Assembly: GCF_025612915.1 (NCBI RefSeq)
Contig: NC_069114.1
Span: forward strand, 49,642,639-49,706,638
From: Crassostrea angulata
Taxonomy: Eukaryota
Direction: 5' to 3'
Length of the DNA stretch: 64,000 nucleotides
In this document: piece by piece, positions 12,664 through 24,889 of the stretch
How positions within the stretch are numbered: position 1 is the stretch's first letter
Layout of the letters: each line of letters starts with the position of its first letter
Position numbers and translations under genes: made by a program
Notes under the pieces: generated by a model
Told to the model about the DNA's origin: nothing
Databases searched by the model: none
The model's input: the letters and a program-made list of their open reading frames with translations, nothing else

Positions 12664-15600
12664 GTAGCTATGTAGTACAATAGCTGGCCCTGATCAATGT
12701 TATATGTTTCTGTGATGTAGCTGGCCCTGATCAATGTTTTTTGTTTCTGTGTTGTAGCTGGCCCTGATCAATGGTATATGTTTCCGTGTTGTAGCTGGCC
12801 CTGATCAATGTTTTATGTTTCTGTGTTGTACCTGGCCCTGATCAATGTTTTATGTTTCTGTGTTGTACCTGGCCCTGATCAATGTTTTATGTTTCTTTGT
12901 TATAGCTGGCTCTGATCAATGGTATATGTTTCTTTGTTGTAGCTGGCCCTGATCAATGTTTTATGTTTCTGTGTTGTAGCTGGCCCTGATCAATGGTATA
13001 TGTTTCTTTGTTATAGCTGGCTCTGATCAATGGTATATGTTTCTTTGTTGTAGCTGGCCCTGATCAATGTTTTATGTTTCTGTGTTGTAGCTGGCCCTGA
13101 TCAATGGTATATGTTTCTCTGTTGTAGTTGGCCCTGATCAATGTTGCCTGTCTCTGTTGTAGTTGGCCCTGATTAATGTTTTTTGTTTCTGTGTTGTACC
13201 TGGCCCTGATCAATGTTGTCTGTTTCTTTGTTGTAGCTGGCCCTGATCAATGTTATATGTTTTTGTGTTGTAGCTGGCCCTGATCAATGGTATATGTTTC
13301 TGTGTTATAGCTGGCTCTGATCAATGGTGTATGTTTCTGTGTTGTAGCTGGCCCTGATCAATGGTATTTGTTTCTGTGTTGTAGCTGGCCCTGATCAATG
13401 GTATATGTTTCTGTGTTGTAGCTGGCCCTGATCAATGTTATATGTTTTTGTGTTGTAGCTGGCCCTGATCAATGTTGTTTGTTTCTTTGTTGTTGCTGGT
13501 TCTGATCAATGGTATATGTTTCTTTGTTGTAGCTGGCCCTGATCAATGTTTTATGTTTCTGTGTTGTAGCTGGCCCTGATCAATGGTATATGTTTCTTTG
13601 TTATAGCTGGCTCTGATCAATGGTATATGTTTCTTTGTTGTAGCTGGCCCTGATCAATGTTTTATGTTTCTGTGTTGTAGCTGGCCCTGATCAATGGTAT
13701 ATGTTTCTCTGTTGTAGTTGGCCCTGATCAATGTTGCCTGTCTCTGTTGTAGCTGGCCCTGATCAATGTTTTTTGTTTCTGTGTTGTAGCTGGCCCTGAT
13801 CAATGTTATATGTTTTGTGTGTTTGTAGCTGGCCCTGATCAATGTTTTATGTTTCTGTGTTGTAGCTGGCCCTGATTAATGTTTTTCTGTTTCTGTGTTG
13901 TACCTGGCCCTGATCAATGTTGTCTGTTTCTTTGTTGTTGCTGGCCCTGATCAATGTTATATGTTTTTGTGTTGTAGCTGGCCCTGATCAATGGTATATG
14001 TTTCTTTGTTGTAGCTGGCCCTGATCAATGGTATATGTTTCTGTGTTGTAGCTGGCCCTGATCAATGGTATATGTTTCCGTGTTGTAGCTGGCCCTGATC
14101 AATGTTTTATGTTTCTGTGTTGTACCTGGTCCTGATCAATGGTATATGTTTCGTTGTTATAGCTGGCTCTGATCAATGGTATATGTTTCTTTGTTGTAGC
14201 TGGCCCTGATCAATGTTTTATGTTTCTGTGTTGTAGCTGGCCCTGATCAATGGTATATGTTTCTCTGTTGTAGTTGGCCCTGATCAATGTTGCCTGTCTC
14301 TGTTGTAGTTGGCCCTGATTAATGTTTTTTGTTTCTGTGTTGTACCTGGCCCTGATCAATGTTGTCTGTTTCTTTGTTGTAGCTGGCCCTGATCAATGTT
14401 ATATGTTTTTGTGTTGTAGCTGGCCCTGATCAATGGTATATGTTTCTGTGTTATAGCTGGCTCTGATCAATGGTGTATGTTTCTGTGTTGTAGCTGGCCC
14501 TGATCAATGGTATTTGTTTCTGTGTTGTAGCTGGCCCTGATCAATGGTATATGTTTCTGTGTTGTAGCTGGCCCTGATCAATGTTTTTTGTTTCTGTGTT
14601 GTAGCTGGCCCTGATCAATGGTATATGTTTCCGTGTTGTAGCTGGCCCTGATCAATGTTTTATGTTTCTGTGTTGTAGCTGGCCCTGATTAATGTTTTTC
14701 TGTTTCTGTGTTTGTAGCTGGCCCTGATCAATGTTGTCTGTTTCTTTGTTGTTGCTGGCCCTGATCAATGTTATATGTTTTTGTGTTGTAGCTGGCCCTG
14801 ATCAATGGTATATGTTTCTTTGTTGTAGCTGGCCCTGATCAATGGTATATGTTTCTGTGTTGTAGCTGGCCCTGATCAATGGTATATGTTTCCGTGTTGT
14901 AGCTGGCCCTGATCAATGTTTTATGTTTCTGTGTTGTACCTGGTCCTGATCAATGGTATATGTTTCTTTGTTATAGCTGGCTCTGATCAATGGTATATGT
15001 TTCTTTGTTGTAGCTGGCCCTGATCAATGTTTTATGTTTCTGTGTTGTAGCTGGCCCTGATCAATGGTATATGTTTCTCTGTTGTAGTTGGCCCTGATCA
15101 ATGTTGCCTGTCTCTGTTGTAGTTGGCCCTGATTAATGTTTTTTGTTTCTGTGTTGTACCTGGCCCTGATCAATGTTGTCTGTTTCTTTGTTGTAGCTGG
15201 CCCTGATCAATGTTATATGTTTTTGTGTTGTAGCTGGCCCTGATCAATGGTATATGTTTCTGTGTTATAGCTGGCTCTGATCAATGGTGTATGTTTCTGT
15301 GTTGTAGCTGGCCCTGATCAATGGTATTTGTTTCTGTGTTGTAGCTGGCCCTGATCAATGGTATATGTTTCTGTGTTGTAGCTGGCCCTGATCAATGTTT
15401 TTTGTTTCTGTGTTGTAGCTGGCCCTGATCAATGGTATATGTTTCCGTGTTGTAGCTGGCCCTGATCAATGTTTTATGTTTCTGTGTTGTAGCTGGCCCT
15501 GATTAATGTTTTTCTGTTTCTGTGTTTGTAGCTGGCCCTGATCAATGTTGTCTGTTTCTTTGTTGTTGCTGGCCCTGATCAATGTTATATGTTTTTGTGT

Positions 15601-16430
15601 TGTAGCTGGCCCTGATCAATGGTATATGTTTCTTTGTTGTAGCTGGCCCTGATCAATGGTATATGTTTCTGTGTTGTAGCTGGCCCTGATCAATGGTATA
15701 TGTTTCCGTGTTGTAGCTGGCCCTGATCAATGTTTTATGTTTCTGTGTTGTACCTGGTCCTGATCAATGGTATATGTTTCTTTGTTATAGCTGGCTCTGA
15801 TCAATGGTATATGTTTCTTTGTTGTAGCTGGCCCTGATCAATGTTTTATGTTTCTGTGTTGTAGCTGGCCCTGATCAATGGTATATGTTTCTCTGTTGTA
15901 GTTGGCCCTGATCAATGTTGCCTGTCTCTGTTGTAGTTGGCCCTGATTAATGTTTTTTGTTTCTGTGTTGTACCTGGCCCTGATCAATGTTGTCTGTTTC
16001 TTTGTTGTAGCTGGCCCTGATCAATGTTATATGTTTTTGTGTTGTAGCTGGCCCTGATCAATGGTATATGTTTCTGTGTTATAGCTGGCTCTGATCAATG
16101 GTGTATGTTTCTGTGTTGTAGCTGGCCCTGATCAATGGTATTTGTTTCTGTGTTGTAGCTGGCCCTGATCAATGGTATATGTTTCTGTGTTGTAGCTGGC
16201 CCTGATCAATGGTATATGTTTCTGTGTTGTAGCTGGCCCTGATCAATATTGTATGTTTCTGTGTTGTAGTTGGCCCTGATCAATATTGTATGTTTTTGTG
16301 TTGTAGCTGGCCCTGATCAATGGTATATGTTTTGTGTGTTTGTAGCTGGCCCTGATCAATGTTATATGTTTTGTGTGTTTGTAGCTGGCCCTGATCAATG
16401 GTATATGTGTTATATATTTCTTTGTTGTAG
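12664..16430. repeat. 37-bp minisatellite (~100 copies; unit CTGGCCCTGATCAATGGTATATGTTTCTGTGTTGTAG) with a higher-order period of ~800 bp, in TEP1 intron 2
   Basis: Direct reading. The unit contains a polypyrimidine tract, AG, and the first 16 nt of exon 3. The array ends exactly at the exon 3 acceptor. Confidence 0.95.
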
Positions 16431-16565
16431 CTGGCCCTGATCAATGCTGTGAGTGGGTCCCTCATCTGTCAGCCCAACTTCTCCAACAGCAATGACCTGA
16501 CCCGTAGAACCCTGTCTCAAATGTCAGATAGAGTCGTGACCTATGACCCAGAGTTTATTCTGAAG
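16431..16565 (+). CDS. TEP1: TEP1 exon 3 (TROVE domain start, ...VTYDPEFILK)
   Basis: Acceptor ttgtag (last unit of the 37-bp minisatellite). Donor AAG|GTAATT. Phase 0. Confidence 0.8.
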
Positions 16566-16768
16566 GTAATTGCTATGAATAATTGTTGATAAAAAGATCA
16601 GAAATGAAATTTAATGTGTTAACTATGAAGATTTAAAGAGATTAAAGTTAAAGATTTATTGTTAATGGAGATACATGTATCCTATGTCAATGGGAACAAT
16701 ATTCATGTCCTCGTCTGAGTGGATCTAGAGGATGGAATCAATTGGATATGTAATATTTTTATTTTCAG

Positions 16769-16930
16769 GTTGCACTTTACACAAGGAAGGATCTAAACAT
16801 CCGAACTACCGCAAACTTTCTCCTGGCCCTGGCCTCCAATGTAGATGCTTGCCGACCTTTCCTGAAGAAGTACTATTGTGCGTCTATTCAGCTGCCGTCT
16901 GACTGGATTGAGGTGGCCGAGATTTATCAG
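16769..16930 (+). CDS. TEP1: TEP1 exon 4 (TROVE: VALYTRKDLNIRTTANFLLALAS...)
   Basis: Acceptor attttcag. Donor CAG|GTGAAA. 54 codons. TROVE-conserved motifs. Confidence 0.85.
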
Positions 16931-17448
16931 GTGAAAAACTACTCAGATACTAATGTACATTTATGACACAGGTGTTCACATCAGATACTGGTAGTCATGT
17001 CAAATAAAATTACGTACATATATATCAATTTCCAATCACGAACACTACATAGGTGAAGTATCGCAGCATTATCAATTGCACTTTATAGTTGTCTATAAAC
17101 ATCAAATAGATATTGATTAAAATTATAAAATCATATTCAAAGTATTTTAGAATGGTATATTTAAATATTAATTGCTTGGTAAAAAATCCCTGAAATGTAA
17201 CATAAAGGTTTATCATCGCGTAAATTTCTAAAAAAAAAAATTTAAACTTAAAACATCTAGCATTTGACCACAGACGAAAGATGAAGGCTGATGTCACCCA
17301 AAAATTAACATCAGTAAATGAGAAAATCCTCTGTTTTACTTGTTAGTTTGCAGTTAAATTTCATTTCATTTTGTAAAAGACATAAATCAGATGAATTCGT
17401 AGTGAATGTCAATAGAGGTGCTAATGGCTGATCTTTGTTCCCGTGCAG

Positions 17449-17545
17449 GCCTTCCACGACACGAATCTGACCCATGGGTCGATCCCTGCTGCCCTGCGTA
17501 AGGTCATGATCATGAAGTTCCAGGACTTTGACAAGTATCAGCTAG
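17449..17545 (+). CDS. TEP1: TEP1 exon 5 (TROVE: AFHDTNLTHGSIPAALRKVMIMKF)
   Basis: Acceptor ccgtgcag. Donor TAG|GTAAGG. Phase 0 to 1. Confidence 0.8.
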
Positions 17546-17837
17546 GTAAGGGACCTAATGGTAGAGGGTAGATTCCTATGACCAATAATCTGACCATTTC
17601 CTCAGATGAGTTTACTCCCTTTGGTAGAAAACAGATTTACATAGCTACTAGTAATTGATTGTGGCTCATGAGGTAAGATTCTCACATCCAATTACTGTTT
17701 GTCTCCTCAACTAAGTTAACTCCCTTGATAGGCACAAGACAGAAACACATACCCATATACTGATTGTCTGAGTACTGTAAATAGTACTGAATATAGTTTT
17801 ATTGTATGTACTCTTACTTACTATGGTACTTTTACAG

Positions 17838-18082
17838 CTAAATACAACAAGGAGAGCTCCATGAAGAAAAAGAAGAAAAAAGAAAAGAAAGAAACCCCTG
17901 AAGCAAACAGTGGTACCAGTGTGAGGGGGGCCAGCCGAGGGGGCAGGGTTGCAGTCATAGCCCGTGGGGGCAGGGTTGCAGTCAGGGGCCGCGGAGGAAG
18001 AACTGCATACATAGAGCCCAGACAGGATGACTCTTCCAGCGAGGACTCATCCAGTGATGAGGACGGAGATTTATACCGACAG
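17838..18082 (+). CDS. TEP1: TEP1 exon 6 (low-complexity insert: K-run, RGGRVAV repeats, acidic S/D/E tract)
   Basis: Acceptor tttacag. ORF-track 17861..18121 frame. Donor CAG|GTTGGT. Confidence 0.7.
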
Positions 18083-18692
18083 GTTGGTTCTACATCACAA
18101 TATTACCGGGTAATAGGATGACAAGATGACTGTAATCTCACCGTAACTTGGTTTATGATTGAATGTAGATGTAACGTTAAGAGGTGACAGAATCTGATAA
18201 AACAAGGTCTTTGTCCTGTGTAATAATTAATGGTTGGATGTTTTACATAGAATAGGGCCTAAGGATGTGTGAAAAAGTATACAATGATCATTTTAGACTG
18301 ATCAAGTAAATTTACAGATATTCAGATTCTGTGGATTCCTTATTTTACACAAGTACTTAATTCCTTGATTCAACTTTTTTGCATCTTTACTAGCCAAGGG
18401 TTTATGATCCATTCTGCTCCTCTATAATAGTTGTATAGTGGATCATAAACCCTTGGGGAACGAAGATGATAAAATTGCAAATGCTAAATTTTTATCAGTT
18501 TCATTTAGACTCAGTTTACGTCTGTCAAAAAAATGTAAGCAAGATTTTAAAATCTGCGAGATATTAATTCCTCACATTTAATTAGGAATCTAGAGTAAAT
18601 GGAAAAAAAGCATAAATGTGTTTTATGAAAACTTTCCACAAAAAATTTAAAGACCAAGTGTTGACTACCAAGCCTTGAATCTTTGTCAACAG

Positions 18693-18829
18693 CTGAGTGA
18701 TATTGTGCATGACGAAGAGGAACATACCCCTGAGGAGATGGAGAAAATCAAGTTCTCCATAAAACAGCTGATCCGTAAACTCCACATCGTGGAACCAGTG
18801 GAACATGTCATGTCAATCATCGGCAAAAA
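18693..18829 (+). CDS. TEP1: TEP1 exon 7 (TROVE)
   Basis: Acceptor tgtcaacag. Peptide LSDIVHDEEEHTPEEMEKIKFSIKQLIRKLHIVEP. Donor AA|GTGAGT. Confidence 0.75.
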
Positions 18830-19396
18830 GTGAGTGCCGTCACCACACAGTATAACCTGTGTGTCGTTGTATGTGAAGGTGTATTCCATTGTTCTAGTCT
18901 TAGGGAAACTTGTATGATGTTGAAAGCTTGAATTTTTTTAAAGAATCATCACAACTTAATTGCAAATAGATATACTGTATACAGAGAAATATTCGCCTCC
19001 GTTTTATTTTGACCCCTATCGCCCTCGTCATCAGTGGGCAAATGTAAGACTGGGAGAATTCCAGTGTCGTAAATTATCTCTCTTTAAACGCAAATTCAAG
19101 AAGGGTAGAAAATGTTTGAAAGTGTAGAAGGGTAAAAATTAAATGAGGTTAAAATAACCCTGTATATAGAAAGACAATTCTTTTCGGTCTGAACTGAGAT
19201 TTAAATATTGGTTTGCAGACTGGAATAAAAAAAAAGCTTATAATCTTGAATCTTTGTTTCTAAAGTTTGAATAATTTCCAAAATCTTTATACAAAAAGGT
19301 CTTCTGCTATAGGAGATTGATAAAGTCTAAAATTGGTCACAATCATTCAGCCCTCCTAAGTTAATAACACATTTTATCAGCCTGAACTGTTTGTAG

Positions 19397-19554
19397 GTAC
19401 CCCGACACACTGGAGGCCTTCTACAAAGCCCGCCTCCCAGGGGTGTGGGAGCAGGACAGGGCGGGGAAGAGGATGAAGTTACCTGTCCCCGAGACCTGGG
19501 AGACACAGGTGTCCCTTAAAGGGAACAAGGCGTCCACATGGGAAGATCTGATTG
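19397..19554 (+). CDS. TEP1: TEP1 exon 8 (TROVE)
   Basis: Acceptor ttgtag. Peptide YPDTLEAFYKARLPGVWEQDRAGKRMKLPVPETWE... Donor TTG|GTTAGT chosen because it keeps the frame into exon 9. Confidence 0.7.
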
Positions 19555-19803
19555 GTTAGTTATGTCCAATCAGGATATTGTTTGTACTGTCCAGTCAGAA
19601 AAATTATGTTGTCTAATACTGTAGATGTGATTTATTATTTTTCTTTAATTAAAGATGAAATAAAATTAAAAGACATCATGAATATGGTTATCAAAATGAA
19701 CACACTAGTCTATAGAAATGCTAGTATCCTCCAATCTCTATTCTTGTTTTCATATTTTGAAGTGCATTATATAATTTTCCAAATCTGTGTTTCATTTATA
19801 AAG

Positions 19804-19913
19804 ATCACAAGAAGCTTCCATTCATGGCCATGTTGCGGAATCTAAGAAACTTGATCAAAGCCGGGATTTCTCCGAAGCATCATCAGAGTATACTGCGCAG
19901 GCTTCAAGATGAG
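19804..19913 (+). CDS. TEP1: TEP1 exon 9 (TROVE: DHKKLPFMAMLRNLRNLIKAGISPKHH)
   Basis: Acceptor tttataaag. Donor GAG|GTCAGT. Conserved TROVE MLRNL motif. Confidence 0.8.
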
Positions 19914-20046
19914 GTCAGTTTATGATGAATTCTTAATTCACTCAGAGTCCAGCTAGAATTGATCATATCGTCATTAATACTATATACAGGGAAATTTTTG
20001 CCACCATTTTATTAACATGTGCATGTCATGTTCCTTGATTTTTCAG

Positions 20047-20137
20047 AGACAAGTTGCCAACAGTAAGCAGTTTCCGTTCCGATTTTTCACAGCGTATGAA
20101 GTACTGAGCAGCTTGGAGAAAGAGTATGAGGAGACTC
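20047..20137 (+). CDS. TEP1: TEP1 exon 10 (TROVE: RQVANSKQFPFRFFTAYEVLSSLEKEYEET)
   Basis: Acceptor tttttcag. Donor CTC|GTAAGT. Conserved FPFRFF motif as in TEP1/Ro60. Confidence 0.8.
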
Positions 20138-20670
20138 GTAAGTTTATGTCACAATCAAACTCATATTACTCAAGTATGTGTTTATGTCACAGTCAGACTC
20201 GAAAGAATACATCACAATCAAACACATGTGTATGTATCACAATCATAATTATGAGTATGAAAAGCAATCTCATGAAATATTTCAACCTCAGATTCATAAG
20301 TACATGTATGTCACAATCATACTACTTTGTATATGTCACAATCAGACTGAAACTATACCACAGTCAGGCTCATAAGAATATGTCACAATCAGACTTGTGA
20401 GTATGTGTCACAGTCAGACTAATGAGTATATGTCACAGTTAAACTGGCGAGTATTTGCCACTATCAGGTTCACAAATATGTGTCAACTATGTGTCCAATT
20501 AGACTTCTATACCTTAAAGTCATAATAATAATAATAACTCTGACACAAGTTTTTCTTACTATCAGACTTTTAAGCATTTCTCATTAAACTGATTTATAAT
20601 ATATATGATTTATAATTATTACACAATATAAGTACAATCCCATGTATTTTGAAAAATCACAATGTTTCAG

Positions 20671-20854
20671 AGAAAAAGCTAGTAGAGGCTGCTGAGATGG
20701 AAGCTTCTGGAGATTACACTTCTATGAATGTCGCCAGAGGGGATAGAGGAAGGGGCAGAGGGAGGGGCAGAGGGAGGGGCAGGGGGGGAGGAAAGGGGGA
20801 TAACTGGTGGATGGAGAAGAAGAAAAAACAACTGGAGGAAAAAAGGAAACCCAA
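20671..20854 (+). CDS. TEP1: TEP1 exon 11 (contains RG/RGG repeat RGDRGRGRGRGRGRGRGGGKGD)
   Basis: Acceptor gtttcag. ORF-track 20649..20879 frame. Donor AA|GTATGT. Confidence 0.7.
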
Positions 20855-21450
20855 GTATGTTGACATTTTTGATGATTGAGATTATAGACATCAAGATGAA
20901 TCAAGGTTTTGTAGGGCCATGTTATGGTATGTAATTCATTATAATATCCGTCAAGCTTTCAACAAGTAATAATGTCACTGGGAGTGAAAATCACTTCGCT
21001 TTAAGCATCAATTCATAATAAGCGTGTTTGCTATACTGTGGTTTCACTAATATTCGTTGAACACCAATATTTGTGGATTTCGTTGTTAAGTTGATCCATG
21101 AAATTTAATGTTCATTGAATTGTAATCTCTACTAACATTTTGTACTGATAGGATCATTGGCCACAAATTTACGTATCCTTGAAACTGTGATTTTCACTTT
21201 ATCCACGAAAATTGATATCCTTGAATATTAATGAAACCACAGTAACCGTGTTTTACTGTATAGTACATTGTAAGGACTTTGCACCATTCGACATGGTCTG
21301 ACATTGAATCTTTGCTAGAGGGTGTTATATCTTTCAAGCTAGTGAGTTAAAGTAATAAATTGTAAGTTTATTTATTACATAATTAAATTAATAAGTTAAA
21401 GTTTTGATTTTGATTTATTAATAATTTATGTATTAGATTAGAGCATAATA

Positions 21451-22042
21451 CCGTATATCAGGTTTTTTCTGCGTGTATCCAATTTCCACTTTGTTCGCGA
21501 CGATTTCCGAATCGCGGAAAATATATCAGCGTAAATTTGATACAAAGTGTTATTCTTATAATATAGTTCTCTCTTTCCTTATGAAGTAAACAGGTATGCA
21601 AAAGTACAATGAACTGTGTTCAGTAAGTTTAGAGTAGAAATTGCGGGATCGGAAACAAGCGCAAGATAATAGGTATGTAAGCCTCATAGTTTATTTAATA
21701 ATCCATTGACAAGCTAATTAAATCGGTTGTTTTTCTTGCGTAAACCGATGTCTAATTATACCTGAGCTACTGGTATATGTAACGGTACATAATCTATTTA
21801 TCTATTACTGTTTGCGTCTCTGAAGATAATTATCGGTTAAGGAAATCTGTGAATGGTTTGTCCGAATTTTTTATTATAATGAGTGGCAATTTAGATACTT
21901 TTACCCTCTAACTTCACAGGGTTAAACAATCTTGAGTTATATTTTCACTATGACTTTGAAATAGTGAAAATTTGATTCGCGTAAATTATATAAGGTTCTG
22001 AATCGCGGAAAAAACATGACGCGGAAAAAACCTGATATATGG
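21451..22042. mobile_element. Stowaway/Tc1-mariner-like MITE (~592 bp) with ~25-bp TIRs and TA target-site duplication, in TEP1 intron 11
   Basis: Left TA|CCGTATATCAGGTTTTTTCTGCGTG. Right CACGCGGAAAAAACCTGATATATGG|TA (22 of 25 match as reverse complement). Internal sub-terminal TCGCGGAAAA repeats. No coding capacity. Confidence 0.65.
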
Positions 22043-22132
22043 TATATAAACAGTACATGTAGTTCATATTAAAATTTAGGCACCTAAAGTCTGCATTGTA
22101 CATTCTGAATTATTGAAACATTTACTTTATAG

Positions 22133-22313
22133 AGAAACTGCCTACGACAAATCCATTATCAACCGCTACAAGAAGGCGCTGGATACTGCTGTCAAAATAG
22201 CCACTGTTTACAATGTTCAGCCGATCAGAGGTCGAACAATCGTCATATGTGACTGCAGCGACCAAATGAGGGTCAACTGCACTGCGGCCAGAGGCCTAGG
22301 GAAACCACGACAG
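22133..22313 (+). CDS. TEP1: TEP1 exon 12 (vWA-like region: KETAYDKSIINRYKKALDTAVKIATVYNVQPIRGRTIVICDCSDQM)
   Basis: Acceptor tttactttatag. Donor CAG|GTAAAA, which is the first unit of the 43-bp minisatellite. Confidence 0.8.
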
Positions 22314-22975
22314 GTAAAAATAGAACAAGTTACATGTAAATTACAGACCCTGACAGGTAAAAATAGAATGAATTACATGTAAATTACAGACCCTGATAGG
22401 TAAAAATAGAATGAATTACATGTAAATTACAAACCCTGATAGGTAAAAATAGAATGAATTACATGTAAATTACAAACCCTGATAGGTAAAAATAGAATGA
22501 ATTACATGTAAATTACAGACCCTGACAGGTAAAAATAGAACAAGTTACATGTAAATAACAGACCCTGACAGGTAAAAATAGAACAAGTTACATGTAAATT
22601 ACAAACCCAGACAGGTAAAAATAGAACAAGTTACATGTAAATTACAGACCCTGACAGGTAAAAATAGAATGAATTACATGTAAATTACAAACCCTGATAG
22701 GTAAAAATAGAACAAGTTACATGTAAATTACAGACCCTGACAGGTATAAATAGAATGAATTACATGTAAATTACAAACCCCGACAGGTAAAAATAGAATG
22801 AATTACATGTAAAATACAAACCTAGATAGGTAAAAATAGAACCAGTTACATGTAAAATACAAACCCTGAGTCAGGGTCCCTGACAGGTAAAAATAGATCA
22901 AGTAAGAAGTAAATTACAAACCCTGACAGGTAAAAATGGAATACAATCATAAACTCTGACAGGTAAAAATTGAGA
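22314..22975. repeat. 43-bp minisatellite (~15 copies; unit GTAAAAATAGAAYRARTTACATGTAAATTACARACCCTGAYAG) in TEP1 intron 12
   Basis: Each unit reproduces the exon 12 donor junction (…GACAG|GTAAAAATAGA). Confidence 0.95.
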
Positions 22976-23112
22976 AAATAGAGCAAGAGCGAATTTCATG
23001 TGAATAGGGTTGGTTAAGTTAGAAGTTAGTTACAGTGAGAATTGATGTATAAATGTACATGTATATGGTGTGGCTTAATACTCTGTAATGTTGTGGTTTA
23101 TATTTGATGCAG

Positions 23113-23280
23113 ATGCTGGAGGTGGCATTGTTGATGGGGCTGATGTGCAAGTTCTCGTGTGAGGAATGCGAATTTGTCACCTTTCAAGAGGCGTCTTGGC
23201 ACCCCGCTCAAGTGGAGCGTGGAACAATCTTGGACACACTTCAGCAACTACTGGAACAGCAAAATGAAATCAGAGACAAA
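23113..23280 (+). CDS. TEP1: TEP1 exon 13
   Basis: Acceptor tttgatgcag. Peptide MLEVALLMGLMCKFSCEECEFVTFQ... Donor AAA|GTATGT. 56 codons. Confidence 0.75.
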
Positions 23281-23484
23281 GTATGTGTTGAAGCAAACTC
23301 ATTTCTTTAAGATTTTTAACATTTTAAGAATTTGAATTTTCCAATTAGGAGGCATTCTTAACAAATTTTCAAACATGACTGAGGGTAATTTTTATAGAGG
23401 CAAATGATAAACATGATTTCTTCATACTTTTCAGATATTGATTACAGAATTATGATATTTTAAATGTATTATCATACTATATAG

Positions 23485-23562
23485 GACCTATGGAACAGAA
23501 GTAAGCTGGAGAATTGCTTCCCAGAATCCATCCTCACTGAAAAACTGAGAGACAGAATCCAG
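23485..23562 (+). CDS. TEP1: TEP1 exon 14
   Basis: Acceptor atactatatag. Peptide DLWNRSKLENCFPESILTEKLRDRIQ. Donor CAG|GTAAGG. Confidence 0.7.
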
Positions 23563-24172
23563 GTAAGGGATTTCCTGGTTCAGATCAGGAAATTTCCTGT
23601 TTAGATAGAGGGAGTTTTCCCAGTTCTTGTAGGGAAAGTTCTTAGTTGTGGTGGGAGAATTTCAGGTAGAGGAAGGGGCGTCTTTCCTGTCCAAAAGGAG
23701 GGACTTTCATGATCAGACAAGGGGATAATTATTTAAGTATGGGTAGTCTACAGTGAAGGTTCTGTGTACAATATTTGGCGGGAAATAGTTTTTCAAAGGG
23801 TTGACGTGGATTTGAATAACTGTATTCCTGAATATTCCTATTCTTAGACAAGTATGCATGGCATTTAGAAAATGTGTACTTGATTTAGTGAAAGCAACAT
23901 TACCCCATGACAGCTACTGTAACTTTATGGTGAGCTTCCTTGGTTACAATGATAAAAATGCTCTTATTCAAAGAATTGTTCAGTATGGTGGAACATGTCA
24001 TCTCTGCTAAATATAAATTCACATGGTAATTGAATTTAATGTTCTCTTAGGAGACTGCATTACTGGTACATGTAATGTAACATAATGCATTAATTTGTGA
24101 TGGTTCAATGAAATAAATTCAAGATATTAAGACAACATTAAATGTTTACATTTTGGGACTCCAATTCTTCAG

Positions 24173-24315
24173 GTTGATAATATCGTTGTTTTGACCGGAG
24201 GAGATCTCGCTCAGGCAAATCAGAAGATTCTCTCCAACTTCCTGAAGAAATATCGGCAAATCGTGAACCCCAACCTCCTGTATGTCAACATCTCCTTCGC
24301 CGGCAAGGGCTGTGG
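24173..24315 (+). CDS. TEP1: TEP1 exon 15 (VDNIVVLTGGDLAQANQKILSNFLKKYRQIVNPNLLYVNISFAGKGCG)
   Basis: Acceptor ccaattcttcag. Donor TGG|GTAAGT. Confidence 0.8.
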
Positions 24316-24708
24316 GTAAGTTCCCGGCTATTTATCTAAATGTTGGACATTTCTGGTAACAGTGAAGTTGGAAACACTGTTTCTTCTAAACTAAAGTGAA
24401 GATGATATGTTTATAAGGCAATTGATTTTGTAATCCACTGCTTGAAAGACCAGAGATAGGGGGACTTAAAAGTCCTCCCCTCTACTGATCTGTCCCTCTG
24501 TCAAGTGTGTCACAATTAATATTTCAATGAATTAAGTTTGAATTTAGTTATAATTAAAAATCTAATGCATGACACAATTTGAGTTAATGCTTCTCCAAAT
24601 CAGGATTTACATTGCAGTAGTAGGGGGATGCTAAAGGGGCGTGTTATCCTCATGCCTTACCCTCAGAGTACTTGTTATTGGACTTTGAGACCCTTTGTTC
24701 TGTTTCAG

Positions 24709-24780
24709 CTTCTCCCAGTCGATCAAGCCAGAACACGACAATGATATCTACATCTCAGGTTACAGCGATGCCATTCTCAG
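24709..24780 (+). CDS. TEP1: TEP1 exon 16
   Basis: Acceptor ctgtttcag. Peptide GFSQSIKPEHDNDIYISGYSDAIL. Donor CAG|GTACGC. Confidence 0.75.
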
Positions 24781-24889
24781 GTACGCATGGCTTGCTCTAA
24801 TTGTACAACATTTTTATTTCAATATCTCTTCTGAAACACTGGAACATTGACATTAGTTTTACTCTTACTTTTGCTCTTTTTTCCTTCAG

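Noticed and set aside
12664-16430. CRISPR-like regular direct repeats (also 22314-22975)
   Set aside because: Eukaryotic minisatellites with contiguous head-to-tail units and no unique spacers. The genome context is clearly eukaryotic (introns, WD40/NACHT gene).
17821-18012. 63-aa minus-strand ORF with PPR/LPPR repeats
   Set aside because: Antisense shadow of the RGG/K-rich TEP1 exon 6.
20017-20400. Plus ORFs continuing past TEP1 exon 10 (…RKFMSQSNSYYSSMCLCHSQ…)
   Set aside because: Read-through into an intron composed of degenerate GTCACAATCAGACT repeats. The donor CTC|GTAAGT is used instead.
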